Origin: Bilabrum cf. latius
Lineage: Eukaryota
Direction of reading: 5' to 3'
DNA length: 64,000 bases
NCBI GenBank assembly: GCA_965178125.1
Contig: OZ237753.1
Coordinates: 186,001-250,000, forward strand
Part shown: positions 26,666 to 38,600 of the stretch, in pieces
Layout of the letters: each line of letters opens with the position of its first letter
Numbering within the stretch: the stretch's first letter is position 1
The notes under the pieces: model-generated
Told to the model about the DNA's origin: nothing
Seen by the model: the letters and a program-made list of their open reading frames with translations, nothing else
Databases searched by the model: none
Made by a program: the position numbers and the translations under genes

Positions 26666-28348
26666 TTACAAGCCTTCTGCTCCTTCTGGCTTGCCTGCCC
26701 CTTGCGTGTGGCCATCATGACGGATCACCACCTCTTTCACACCGTCCCAAACTGCTAATAGATCCTCTGGCAGACGAGGCCGCCTTGCAGGGTGCTCTCT
26801 GTGGTGTACGCGAAAGTACACGCAATACCGTATAAATGGCGAGTAGTTCACGCCGACCCTGTGTGGCAGGAGTGGGTGCGCCACAACGACGTCTCCTGCC
26901 TTCAGCAGCACCTGCTTAGGGCCCTTCGACAGGGGCGGTCGCGGGGCAGCGCCAGCCACCCAACCCGCGCCATCCCTCTTGATCTTTTCTGCCACTTCCA
27001 CGTGGGTCCCTGGATACACGGCGAGGTTGCCCATGTCCTCGTGATCTGCGTCAGATAGCATGATGCCGACGAGTAGAGAGAAGGGGGCTGCTGTGCGCTT
27101 GTCCATGCCGTCAATGTGCCACCGAGAGTCGGGGCCTTGCAGCCTGGCCGGCCCCGGCCCCGTTGCACTCATCGCACCTGATGACGCCCGTTCGACCTTC
27201 TCGTCCCAGTCCACCGTGCCGTGGCCTTTGCTCTCCTCTTCCCCCGGGGGCTGCGGGAACCGGAGTGCGATTTGGGCCGCCCTCGGGGGGACGCACTGCC
27301 CGTGTCCCACGATGGAATTCACGGCGCCCCAAGCCGGCGATTTCCACATGAGGGACAGTATCTCTGGCGACTGCGACAGCTGCACGCCCCCGGCTGCTCC
27401 CACCTTCCCCAGCAGCTCGCTTACCATGGGGTGCACCTTGGCCTGTTCTGCTGCCTTGCCAGACAGACCCGCGCCGTCTCCCTGTGGGGCGGTATCGGCT
27501 GTTGCATCAGACTTGGGAAGACTCCCTGCGCCAGCACTTGCCTTTACGGCGGCGCCAGCACCGCCAGCACGCATTGCGCCGGCCATGCCGCTGTTGATTC
27601 GTCGCAATGCCGCCCACACGAGTCGTCGCGGGATGATTCCAGGAAAAATGCAGTACCCATCATGCACTAGACTTGCAAGCTGGATATCACTCAAGGAGCA
27701 TCGCAAATCAGGATGCGATCGAGGATCCACCGCGGGCAGCGAAAGGCCGCCTGGGCCAGCCCCAAAACCTCTGGGCGCCGTTCCTCCCGCGCCTCCGAGC
27801 GCTGAGCCGAGACCTGAAAGAATTGACGAAAATATGCCGCCTCCAGATAATGCCCCTGCCGCAGGCTTACCCGCTGCACCCGCCCCTCCGCCAAGCAATG
27901 GCTTTGATGATGCTATCCTTGCGCATGCCTCCGGCGACATACTCGCCGCACGTAGAGTAAACCTGGCGGGATCCTCCCCCGCCGCTGCATTAGCAGCAAA
28001 TGCCATTCCAGCCGGGCTGATTCCGATGAAGTATCCGGGGTGCTGTTCAGATTCAAGCGCGAATGCACCAGTTGCAGTTCGAAGCATTCTGAACCGGGCA
28101 CTCTCCAGAGTGGGCGACCCATTTCCATCGACGGTTGGCCTTGCCTCTCTCAAAGGATTTGTGATTTGTAGCGACTTACCCGGAAATGCCAACGATTGAA
28201 GAATCACCGTGATGTTGCCACCTGCGGAAGCTGGCAGCTGCACGAGTTTCCACTGCGCAAACGGCCCCTTACCCCCAAGGCCAGTAATTCGGCCACCATG
28301 CACACAGTTTAAGGATTTTCCCGTTGGTAGCACCAGCGAGAAATTCAT
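26666..28348 (-). CDS. Phytanoyl-CoA dioxygenase (PhyH)-like 2OG-Fe(II) oxygenase with an extra N-terminal beta-rich domain (~560 aa)
   Basis: Motifs LVHDGYCIFPGII, WHIDG (HxD), LLVGIMLSD..GNLAVYPGTH and LKAGDVVVAHPLLPHRVGVN..IRYCVYFR. Ends TAA at 26666-26668. Start taken at the first ATG, 28348. Confidence 0.8.
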   Translation of the reverse strand: MNFSLVLPTGKSLNCVHGGRITGLGGKGPFAQWKLVQLPASAGGNITVILQSLAFPGKSLQITNPLREARPTVDGNGSPTLESARFRMLRTATGAFALESEQHPGYFIGISPAGMAFAANAAAGEDPARFTLRAASMSPEACARIASSKPLLGGGAGAAGKPAAGALSGGGIFSSILSGLGSALGGAGGTAPRGFGAGPGGLSLPAVDPRSHPDLRCSLSDIQLASLVHDGYCIFPGIIPRRLVWAALRRINSGMAGAMRAGGAGAAVKASAGAGSLPKSDATADTAPQGDGAGLSGKAAEQAKVHPMVSELLGKVGAAGGVQLSQSPEILSLMWKSPAWGAVNSIVGHGQCVPPRAAQIALRFPQPPGEEESKGHGTVDWDEKVERASSGAMSATGPGPARLQGPDSRWHIDGMDKRTAAPFSLLVGIMLSDADHEDMGNLAVYPGTHVEVAEKIKRDGAGWVAGAAPRPPLSKGPKQVLLKAGDVVVAHPLLPHRVGVNYSPFIRYCVYFRVHHREHPARRPRLPEDLLAVWDGVKEVVIRHDGHTQGAGKPEGAEGL

Positions 28349-29693
28349 TGCCTCTTTGTGCGTGCGGCAAACAAGAAGAAGCGGAGAAAGCTCTCGGAAA
28401 GTTCGCCACAATCATGATGCGATGGGCAATGCCCATGGGCATGACGGACTGCCAGAGCCCGGCACGTTGGGAAAGGGGGCTGGACGGCGGCAGCTACTGT
28501 GGTGTGGTGTGGCGTTGGAGCTAGTGCAGAGAATTGATATTGATTCAGTTGCTGTACCAGCAATTCTTGCTGTTGTTCTCGCAGTTTGGGGACTGGAGCT
28601 CGGGATCGGAAATGGACACTTCGGAGCCACGCTAACCGGACCATGCGTTTGATTTAGACCACTGCAAAGATCCTGGGGCGGACCTCCCGGAAACTTGCGG
28701 TCTGGGGTAGCGGTCACATGGACGTGTTCTGTTGACAACCAAATGCTCTGGAAGAACTCGGTGATGCTATGCAGCGCCTCGTTTCCGAGCACCTGTATGG
28801 CAACAAGAAGAACAAGGGCGGAATCCATATACTACTTGTGTGGCACGAGCCAAACCTCACACTAAGGGATGTTGTTGTCATCAGCGAAGCGTGGAGTAGG
28901 AAGAACAGCACAATTCCATGCGCGTCGGACAGCGAACACTGCCTGGAGGCAGCACTCCCTGGCGACTGTGCGCAGCGACCAATAGTAGCCAACGCTGAAG
29001 ATGAAGACCAGAAAAAGTGTTGCCGGTCTCCGACCATTTTCGTTGCCTTAGAAGTAGCAAGACAGCAGAATATCGAATATTGAAACTCAACTTTTCATTT
29101 ACTATCGAGGTCGATACAATTTGGTCGCCTGGTGCCAGATTTTGAGGCAGTACATTGGCAAATAGTGAGGCAACCCAAGTGTCGCCGGGACTATGAGAAT
29201 GCAGCGTATTTACGGTGTGGATCTGCAAAATGGACTTCGCAATTTGTGATAAGGATATATGTTCTGATATTGTGCATGCTAGCTGTTTCTTGGAGACATT
29301 AGGGAACCCACTGGTGGCATCCAACCCACTCGCTGTAGCGCCCATGGTAACCTTTGTCGCCCCTAAGGCGTTGAATTGAGCCTTCATTATGTAGTTTATC
29401 CCATTCCCATCATTCAGTACTGTAATAGTTACAGTGTGCATCGCCCTGATGAATGATGACAGCGTTGGACTAACCTGATGACACAATTGATATGCGGTTG
29501 CACTGCTAGCAGCCGAAAGTAGCCGTGGCTCACCATGTTGCGCAAGTCTGATAGATGTCTTGCAGATCTAATCAAATATTTAGTACTTATTGCATTGATG
29601 CGCACGATCCACTCTAACGCTCGCTGAATGTGCTAAATCTTGTTACAACGATGGCCATTTTCGTCAGCTCGGCCCAATTGTCGCAGGAATAGC

Positions 29694-32600
29694 ATGGCAT
29701 TTAGACATGTACGGATATTGAGCTCATTAAATTGCCATAAGAAGCGGGGCAATGACCATGGGCTTGAAGCCCCGGCTTGCAGGGGATATCCTTAGCAGCA
29801 TCGAAGCCAACTCTTCCTTGCCAGCTTGGGTGCTCTAGTTGCTGTCTTCACGACAAGCACTCTAGCGCAGCCACCAACTACTGCGACAGTACCTTTGCCT
29901 ATTCGAATGATTGATGAGGTTGTGGAGATCGGTCGGCTGGGCCGCGGTGGATGGCCCGATGACGAGGTGCTCGAACACAACGACACTTTCGCCTCTGGCT
30001 CGGCCCCCATCGGGGACTTTGATGGCGACGGGGTGCCCGATGTCATGATTGGAGCGCCTTTTGCTAACGTTGGTGCCAAGAGTAAGCGGGGCCAGGCGTG
30101 GACGGTGCTTCTGCATCGCAACGGCACAGTCAAGGCTGCCAACCCAGTGGCGCCGGAAGGGAGCCTCATGGACGCAGCGATGGGCAGCAACTACTACGCC
30201 GGAGGAAACATTGACGTGATGCCTCCAGGCTGGGCTGAGAACCAGACTATGCCCCTTCGAGTCCTAATCTCTGCCAACTCTACTGCTACAGCCAGAGGGT
30301 ACCTCGTGCGCATGAACGAGAGCTCGGGTGCGGCCTCTTCCTTCACCGTGCTGGGGAGCAACACCGCGGGGCTGGGCGCGCTTCCATCTGGGTTTGGCTT
30401 CTCGATCGCGTCCATCGGCGACTTCAACGGGGACGGTGTGACTGACATTGCTGGTGGCAACCCGAGCGCCGATAGCTTCGAAGGCAACATCACCGTGCTT
30501 CTCATGAACGCAAACACGGACACCGTCAACAGGACCATCGAGCTCGACCACCACAGCTTCAACACTAGCGGCGGAAGCGGTCTCCCTGAGCATGTGCATC
30601 GCCTGGGCACCGCACTAGCTGGGCTGGGCGACCTGGACGGGAACGGAAGGGACGATTTCGCTGCAGGGGCATCGTGGTCGAGCGTCGGGGGGGCGCATAC
30701 TGGCAGCGTAGTAATTGCATTCGCTTCCAACGTTACCGTGGGAGTGTCGCACTTCGTAATGATTGCGGAGAACACCGGCGGGTTTTCGTTTGATCTCCTC
30801 AGCTCAGACTACTTCGGCTCCAGCATCGAGCACCTGGGTCGGTTGAACGGCTCAACGGGCGACTGGATTGCAGTGGGCGCCGCTGGCAGGGATGCCCCCG
30901 GTGAGCCTGACGCCGGAGCCTTCTTCGTCATTCGGATCAACAGCAGTGGACACGCCGATGAAACGATTGCATTCGTTCAGACTGGCTCTGGCGGCATGCT
31001 GGACGGGTATCTGTCGCGGGACGACGGGATGGGCTCCTCCATATCAGCCCTGGGGGATGTGAGCGGGAATGGCAGGATGGACCTGTTCGTTGGAGCCTCT
31101 TCCTGGAATGGTGCTAAGCAAGGCGCGGGCAAGGGTTTTGTGCTAATGGGCGTGGGTCTGACTCCTTCACCAAGTCCATCCGTGACTCCATCCCAGAGCC
31201 TCACTCCCTCTGTCACGCCATCCACCAGCTCGACACCGTCGGTATCGCCCGCGCTCGCTGGGACGGTGCTGTCGGCCGTACTGCAGATACCGCCCATCGA
31301 TGACAACATGGATCAATTCTTCGGAAGTCACGTCGTATCAATCGGCGATCTGGACGGCGACGGCATCGAGGAGCTGGCCGTGTATTCGGAGCTGGACAGG
31401 GAGGCTGGATTCTGGGCAGGCGCTGTATGGATCATGTTCCTGCATCGCAATGGCACCACGCGCGAGTTCGTGAAGATCTACAGCAACTCCGATGGAGTGC
31501 CAATTCCCAGTCCGCAGGCCTTTCAAAGCCGCTTCGGGGCCAGTCCATCGCGGCTGGACCAGCCCAGTGGCGATGATGGTCACATGCCTCGTCTGGTGGT
31601 CGGGGCCTACAGGCAGGATTCCAGCTTCGGGGCTGTGTACATTCTGAGGCTACGATCCAACGGCACGGTTGCGCACATGCAAGGCATCTTTGACGGCGTC
31701 GGTGGGTTGCCCTCGGGCACGATATCGGGTGCGGACAACTTCGGGCACGGCATCGAAGCGGGCCTGGGCGATGTGGATGGAGATGGCATGAATGACATCG
31801 CTGTGAGCGCGCCGCTGTGGGACCATCCGTCTCGCAGCGATGCCGGCCGTGTGTTTGTGATGTTCCTGCGTGGCAATGACACGGTGCGAGACTTCACGAT
31901 TCTGTCTGTGGCGAGTGGTCAGGGACTGGAAGCGCTCGGTACATCGGGAAGATGGCTGGGTCGCGGCATTGCTGCAAGACCCCCGAGACAGGCCGGCAAT
32001 CCTGTGGATCTGGTGCTGAGCGATCCGGTGTTTGATCGTATCCATGTGATTCGTCTGGCATCGAACGGCACCGTCATTCCGGGATCCATCCAGACCATCG
32101 GGGACGGTCAGGGCGGCATGCCGCCAGGCAGCATCGACTCTGGCAGCTTGTTCGGCGCCACGATTCATCTGGCTGGCGACATGGACGGCGATGGGATCCC
32201 GGACCTGGTGTTGTCAGCACCGAGTGACAACACGGATGGGTCTAGCACGGGTGCAGTGTATATTCTGTACATGCAAGGCGGGGACCAGACGGATCCGGTG
32301 CGGACGTACACGCGGATCTCTCGGCTGGAGCCGGCGCTGATCAGGTTCCTGACGAATGCGACGCAGTTCTCATCAGCAGCACCAGCGGGCGATGTGGACG
32401 GGGACGGCGTGATGGATCTGGTGATCGGCATGCGTGACTTCGAGCTGATGGACAGGGTATCGGCAGATGATGGAGCCTTCTTGGTGTTGCTGATGGGCGG
32501 AATGGTGCCCAGCGTGTCACCGTCCATCACGCCATCAATCAGCGTGACTCCCTCCGTCACACCGAGCCAGAGCCCCACCCCGAGCATCACACCGTCCGTG

Positions 32601-35600
32601 ACACCGAGCGCATCTCCCGCTCCAGCTGCAGCCGGCACGGTGCTGTCTGCCGTGCTGCAGCTCCCGCCAGTCGATGACGCAAACGACGAGCACTTCGGCA
32701 GCCACGTGGTATCGGTCGGCGATCTGGATGGCGACGGCATCGATGAGCTGGCCGTGTACTCGGAGAAAGACAGCACGGGCGGTACTGAGTCCGGTGCGGT
32801 GTGGATCCTGTTCCTGCACCGCAATGGCAGGGCCCGCGAGTCTGTGAAGATCTACAGCCAATCGAGCGGCCTATCAGAGACCATCCCAGCCAACAGCCGC
32901 TTCGGGGCCAGTCCATCGCGGCTGGACCAGCCCAGTGGCGATGATGGTCACATGCCTCGTCTGGTGGTGGGAGCGATTCACCAGGCGTCAAGCTTAGGCT
33001 CTGTGTACATCATGCGACTGCATTCCAACGGCACGGTTGCGCACACCCAGCGCATATTCAATGGCGTCGGTGGGTTGCCCTCGGGCACGATATCGGGTGC
33101 GGACAACTTCGGGCACGGCATCGAAGCGGGCCTGGGCGATGTGGATGGAGATGGCATGAATGATATCGCTGTGAGCGCGCCGCTGTGGGACCATCCGTCT
33201 CGCAGCGATGCCGGTCGTGTGTTTGTGATGTTCCTGCGTGGCAATGACACGGTGCGAGACTTCACGATTCTGTCTGTGGCGAGTGGTCAGGGACTGGAGT
33301 CGCTGATGACTGGGCGTATATGGCTGGGTCGTGGGATGGCCGCTATGCCGCCGAGACAGGCCGGCAATCCTGTGGACCTGGTGCTGAGCCATGTGACTGT
33401 TGCAGAGCTCCACGTGGTCCGGCTATCATCGAGTGGGACTGTCATTCCGGGATCCATCCAGACCATCGGGGACGGTCAGGGCGGCATGCCGCCAGGCAGC
33501 ATCGACTCTGGCAGCTTGTTCGGCGCCACGATTCATCTGGCTGGTGACATGGACGGCGATGGGATCCCGGACCTGGTGGTATCAGCACCGAGTGACGACA
33601 CCGACGGGTCCGACACGGGTGCAGTGTATATTCTGTACATGCAAGGCGGGGACCAGCCGGATCCGGTGCGGACGTACACGCGGATCTCTCGGCTTGGTTC
33701 AGCACTGATGCCGTTCCTGCCCAACGCAACGACACTGGACGCAGCTGCACCAGCGGGCGATGTGGACGGGGACGGCGTGATGGATCTGGTGATCGGCATG
33801 CGTGACTTCGAGCCTTTCCCGGTCACTACAGCAGAAGAGGGTGCCATCGCCGTGATGTTCATGGGTGGTGCATTACCCAGTGCGTCCCCAACCAGCACAC
33901 CAACACCGTCTGTGACTCCGTCTATGACTCCATCCCAGAGCCCCACTCCCTCTGTCACGCCATCCACCAGCTCGACACCGTCGGTATCGCCCGCGCTCGC
34001 TGGGACGGTGCTGTCGGCCGTACTGCAGATACCGCCCATCGATGACAACATGGATCAATTCTTCGGAAGTCACGTCGTATCAATCGGCGATCTGGACGGC
34101 GACGGCATCGAGGAGCTGGCCGTGTATTCGGAGCTGGACAGGGAGGCTGGATTCTGGGCAGGCGCTGTATGGATCATGTTCCTGCATCGCAATGGCACCA
34201 CGCGCGAGTTCGTGAAGATCTACAGCAACTCCGATGGAGTGCCAATTCCCAGTCCGCAGGTCCTTCAAAGCCGCTTCGGGGCCAGTCCATCGCGGCTGGA
34301 CCAGCCCAGTGGCGATGATGGTCACATGCCTCGTCTGGTGGTCGGGGCCTACAGGCAGGATTCCAGCTTCGGCGCTGTGTACATTCTGAGGCTACGATCC
34401 AACGGCACGGTTGCGCACATGCAAGGCATCTTTGACGGCGTCGGTGGGTTGCCCTCGGGCACGATATCGGGTGCGGACAACTTCGGGCACGGCATCGAAG
34501 CGGGCCTGGGCGATGTGGATGGAGATGGCATGAATGACATCGCTGTGAGCGCGCCGCTGTGGGACCATCCGTCTCGCAGCGGTGCCGGCCGTGTGTTTGT
34601 GATGTTCCTGCGTGGCAATGACACGGTGCGAGACTTCACGATTCTGTCTGTGGCGAGTGGTCAGGGACTGGAAGCGCTCGGTACATCGGGAAGATGGCTG
34701 GGTCGCGGCATTGCTGCAAGACCCCCGAGACAGGCCGGCAATCCTGTGGACCTGGTGCTGAGCGATCCGGTGTTTGATCGTGTCCATGTGATTCGTCTGG
34801 CATCGAACGGCACCGTCATTCCGGGATCCATCCAGACCATCGGGGACGGTCAGGGCGGCATGCCGCCAGGCAGCATCGACTCTGGTGGCTTGTTCGGCGC
34901 CACGATTCATCTGGCTGGCGACATGGACGGCGATGGGATCCCGGACCTGGTGTTGTCAGCACCGAGTGACAACACGGATGGGTCTAGCACGGGTGCAGTG
35001 TATATTCTGTACATGCAAGGCGGGGACCAGACGGATCCGGTGCGGACGTACACGCGGATCTCTCGGCTGGAGCCGGCGCTGATCAGGTTCCTGACGAATG
35101 CGACGCAGTTCTCATCAGCAGCACCAGCGGGCGATGTGGACGGGGACGGCGTGATGGATCTGGTGATCGGCATGCGTGACTTCGAGCTGGTGGACAGGGC
35201 ATCGGCAGATGATGGAGCCTTCTTGGTGTTGCTGATGGGCGGAATGGTGCCCAGCGTGTCACCGTCCATCACGCCATCAATCAGCGTGACTCCCTCCGTC
35301 ACACCGAGCCAGAGCCCCACCCCGAGCATCACACCGTCCGTGACACCGAGCGCATCTCCCGCTCCAGCTGCAGCCGGCACGGTGCTGTCTGCCGTGCTGC
35401 AGCTCCCGCCAGTCGATGACGCAAACGACGAGCACTTCGGCAGCCACGTGGTATCGGTCGGCGATCTGGATGGCGACGGCATCGATGAGCTGGCCGTGTA
35501 CTCGGAGAAAGACAGCACGGGCGGTACTGAGTCCGGTGCGGTGTGGATCCTGTTCCTGCACCGCAATGGCAGGGCCCGCGAGTCTGTGAAGATCTACAGC

Positions 35601-38600
35601 CAATCGAGCGGCCTATCAGAGACCATCCCAGCCAACAGCCGCTTCGGGGCCAGTCCATCGCGGCTGGACCAGCCCAGTGGCGATGATGGTCACATGCCTC
35701 GTCTGGTGGTGGGAGCGATTCACCAGGCGTCAAGCTTAGGCTCTGTGTACATCATGCGACTGCATTCCAACGGCACGGTTGCGCACACCCAGCGCATATT
35801 CAATGGCGTCGGTGGGTTGCCCTCGGGCACGATATCGGGTGCGGACAACTTCGGGCACGGCATCGAGGCGGGCCTGGGCGATGTGGATGGAGATGGCATG
35901 AATGATATCGCTGTGAGCGCGCCGGAGTGGGACCATCCGTCTCGCAGCGATGCCGGTCGTGTGTTTGTGATGTTCCTGCGTGGCAATGACACGGTGCGAG
36001 ACTTCACGATTCTGTCTGTGGCGAGTGGTCAGGGACTGGAGTCGCTGATGACTGGGCGTATATGGCTGGGTCGTGGGATGGCCGCTATGCCGCCGAGACA
36101 GGCCGGCAATCCTGTGGACCTGGTGCTGAGCCATGTGACTGTTGCAGAGCTCCACGTGGTCCGGCTGTCATCGAGTGGGACTGTCATTCCGGGATCCATC
36201 CAGACCATCGGGGACGGTCAGGGCGGCATGCCACCAGGCAGCATCGACTCTGGTGGCTAGTTCGGCGCCACGATTCATCTGGCTGGCGACATGGACGGCG
36301 ATGGGATCCCGGACCTGGTGGTGTCAGCACCGAGTGACAACACGGATGGGTCTAGCACGGGTGCAGTGTATATTCTGTACATGCAAGGCGGGGACCAGCC
36401 GGATCCGGTGCGGACGTACACGCGGATCTCTCGGCTTGGTTCAGCACTGATGCCGTTCCTGCCCAACGCAACGACACTGGACGCAGCTGCACCAGCGGGC
36501 GATGTGGACGGGGACGGCGTGATGGATCTGGTGATCGGCATGCGTGACTTCGAGCCTTTCCCGGTCACTACAGCAGAAGAGGGTGCCATCGCCGTGATGT
36601 TCATGGGTGGTGCATTACCCAGTGCGTCCCCAACCAGCACACCAACACCGTCTGTGACTCCGTCTATGACTCCATCCCAGAGCCCCACTCCCTCTGTCAC
36701 GCCATCCATCAGCTCGACACCGTCGGTATCGCCCGCGCTCGCTGGGACGGTGCTGTCGGCCGTACTGCAGATACCGCCCATCGATGACAACATGGATCAA
36801 TTCTTCGGAAGTCACGTCGTATCAATCGGCGATCTGGACGGCGACGGCATCGAGGAGCTGGCCGTGTATTCGGAGCTGGACAGGGAGGCTGGATTCTGGG
36901 CAGGCGCTGTATGGATCATGTTCCTGCATCGCAATGGCACCACGCGCGAGTTCGTGAAGATCTACAGCAACTCCGATGGAGTGCCAATTCCCAGTCCGCA
37001 GGTCCTTCAAAGCCGCTTCGGGGCCAGTCCATCGCGGCTGGACCAGCCCAGTGGCGATGATGGTCACATGCCTCGTCTGGTGGTCGGGGCCTACAGGCAG
37101 GATTCCAGCTTCGGCGCTGTGTACATTCTGAGGCTACGATCCAACGGCACGGTTGCGCACATGCAAGGCATCTTTGACGGCGTCGGTGGGTTGCCCTCGG
37201 GCACGATATCGGGTGCGGACAACTTCGGGCACGGCATCGAGGCGGGCCTGGGCGATGTGGATGGAGATGGCATGAACGATATCGCTGTGAGCGCGCCGCT
37301 GTGGGACCATCCGTCTCGCAGCGATGCCGGTCGTGTGTTTGTGATGTTCCTGCGTGGCAATGACACGGTGCGAGACTTCACGATTCTGTCTGTGGCGAGT
37401 GGTCAGGGACTGGAAGCGCTCGGTACATCGGGAAGATGGCTGGGTCGCGGCATTGCTGCAAGACCCCCGAGACAGGCCGGCAATCCTGTGGACCTGGTGC
37501 TGAGCGATCCGGTGTTTGATCGTGTCCATGTGATTCGTCTGGCATCGAACGGCACCGTCATTCCGGGATCCATCCAGACCATCGGGGACGGTCAGGGCGG
37601 CATGCCGCCAGGCAGCATCGACTCTGGCAGCTTGTTCGGCGCCACGATTCATCTGGCTGGCGACATGGACGGCGATGGGATCCCGGACCTGGTGGTGTCA
37701 GCACCGAGTGACAACACGGATGGGTCTAGCACGGGTGCAGTGTATATTCTGTACATGCAAGGCGGGGACCAGACGGATCCGGTGCGGACGTACACGCGGA
37801 TCTCTCGGCTGGAGCCGGCGCTGATCAGGTTCCTGACGAATGCGACGCAGTTCTCATCAGCAGCACCAGCGGGCGATGTGGACGGGGACGGCGTGATGGA
37901 TCTGGTGATCGGCATGCGTGACTTCGAGCTGGTGGACAGGGCATCGGCAGATGATGGAGCCTTCTTGGTGTTGCTGATGGGCGGAATGGTGCCCAGCGTG
38001 TCACCGTCCATCACGCCATCAATCAGCGTGACTCCCTCCGTCACACCGAGCCAGAGCCCCACCCCGAGCATCACACCGTCCGTGACACCGAGCGCATCTC
38101 CCGCTCCAGCTGCAGCCGGCACGGTGCTGTCTGCCGTGCTGCAGCTCCCGCCAGTCGATGACGCAAACGACGAGCACTTCGGCAGCCACGTGGTATCGGT
38201 CGGCGATTTGGATGGCGACGGCATCGATGAGCTGGCCGTGTACTCGGAGAAAGACAGCACGGGCGGTACTGAGTCCGGTGCGGTGTGGATCCTGTTCCTG
38301 CACCGCAATGGCAGGGCCCGCGAGTCTGTGAAGATCTACAGCCAATCGAGCGGCCTATCAGAGACCATCCCAGCCAACAGCCGCTTCGGGGCCAGTCCAT
38401 CGCGGCTGGACCAGCCCAGTGGCGATGATGGTCACATGCCTCGTCTGGTGGTGGGAGCGATTCACCAGGCGTCAAGCTTAGGCTCTGTGTACATCATGCG
38501 ACTGCATTCCAACGGCACGGTTGCGCACACCCAGCGCATATTCAATGGCGTCGGTGGGTTGCCCTCGGGCACGATATCGGGTGCGGACAACTTCGGGCAC

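Noticed and set aside
28400-29650. ORFs 28412-28828(-), 28769-29083(+) and 28881-29486(-) in a lower-GC stretch
   Set aside because: No recognisable motifs, atypical codon usage, and they cannot be joined using TAG=Gln. Left as intergenic or possibly decayed sequence.
36258-36260. TAG aligning with TTG (Leu) in other repeat copies (also 39000, 40389, 41727), which could suggest UAG=Leu
   Set aside because: It is one variable column just before the FG motif, where Gln is also plausible. The conserved-site evidence (SURF1, aldolase, polycystin, poly-Q, CAG/TAG swaps) all points to Gln.
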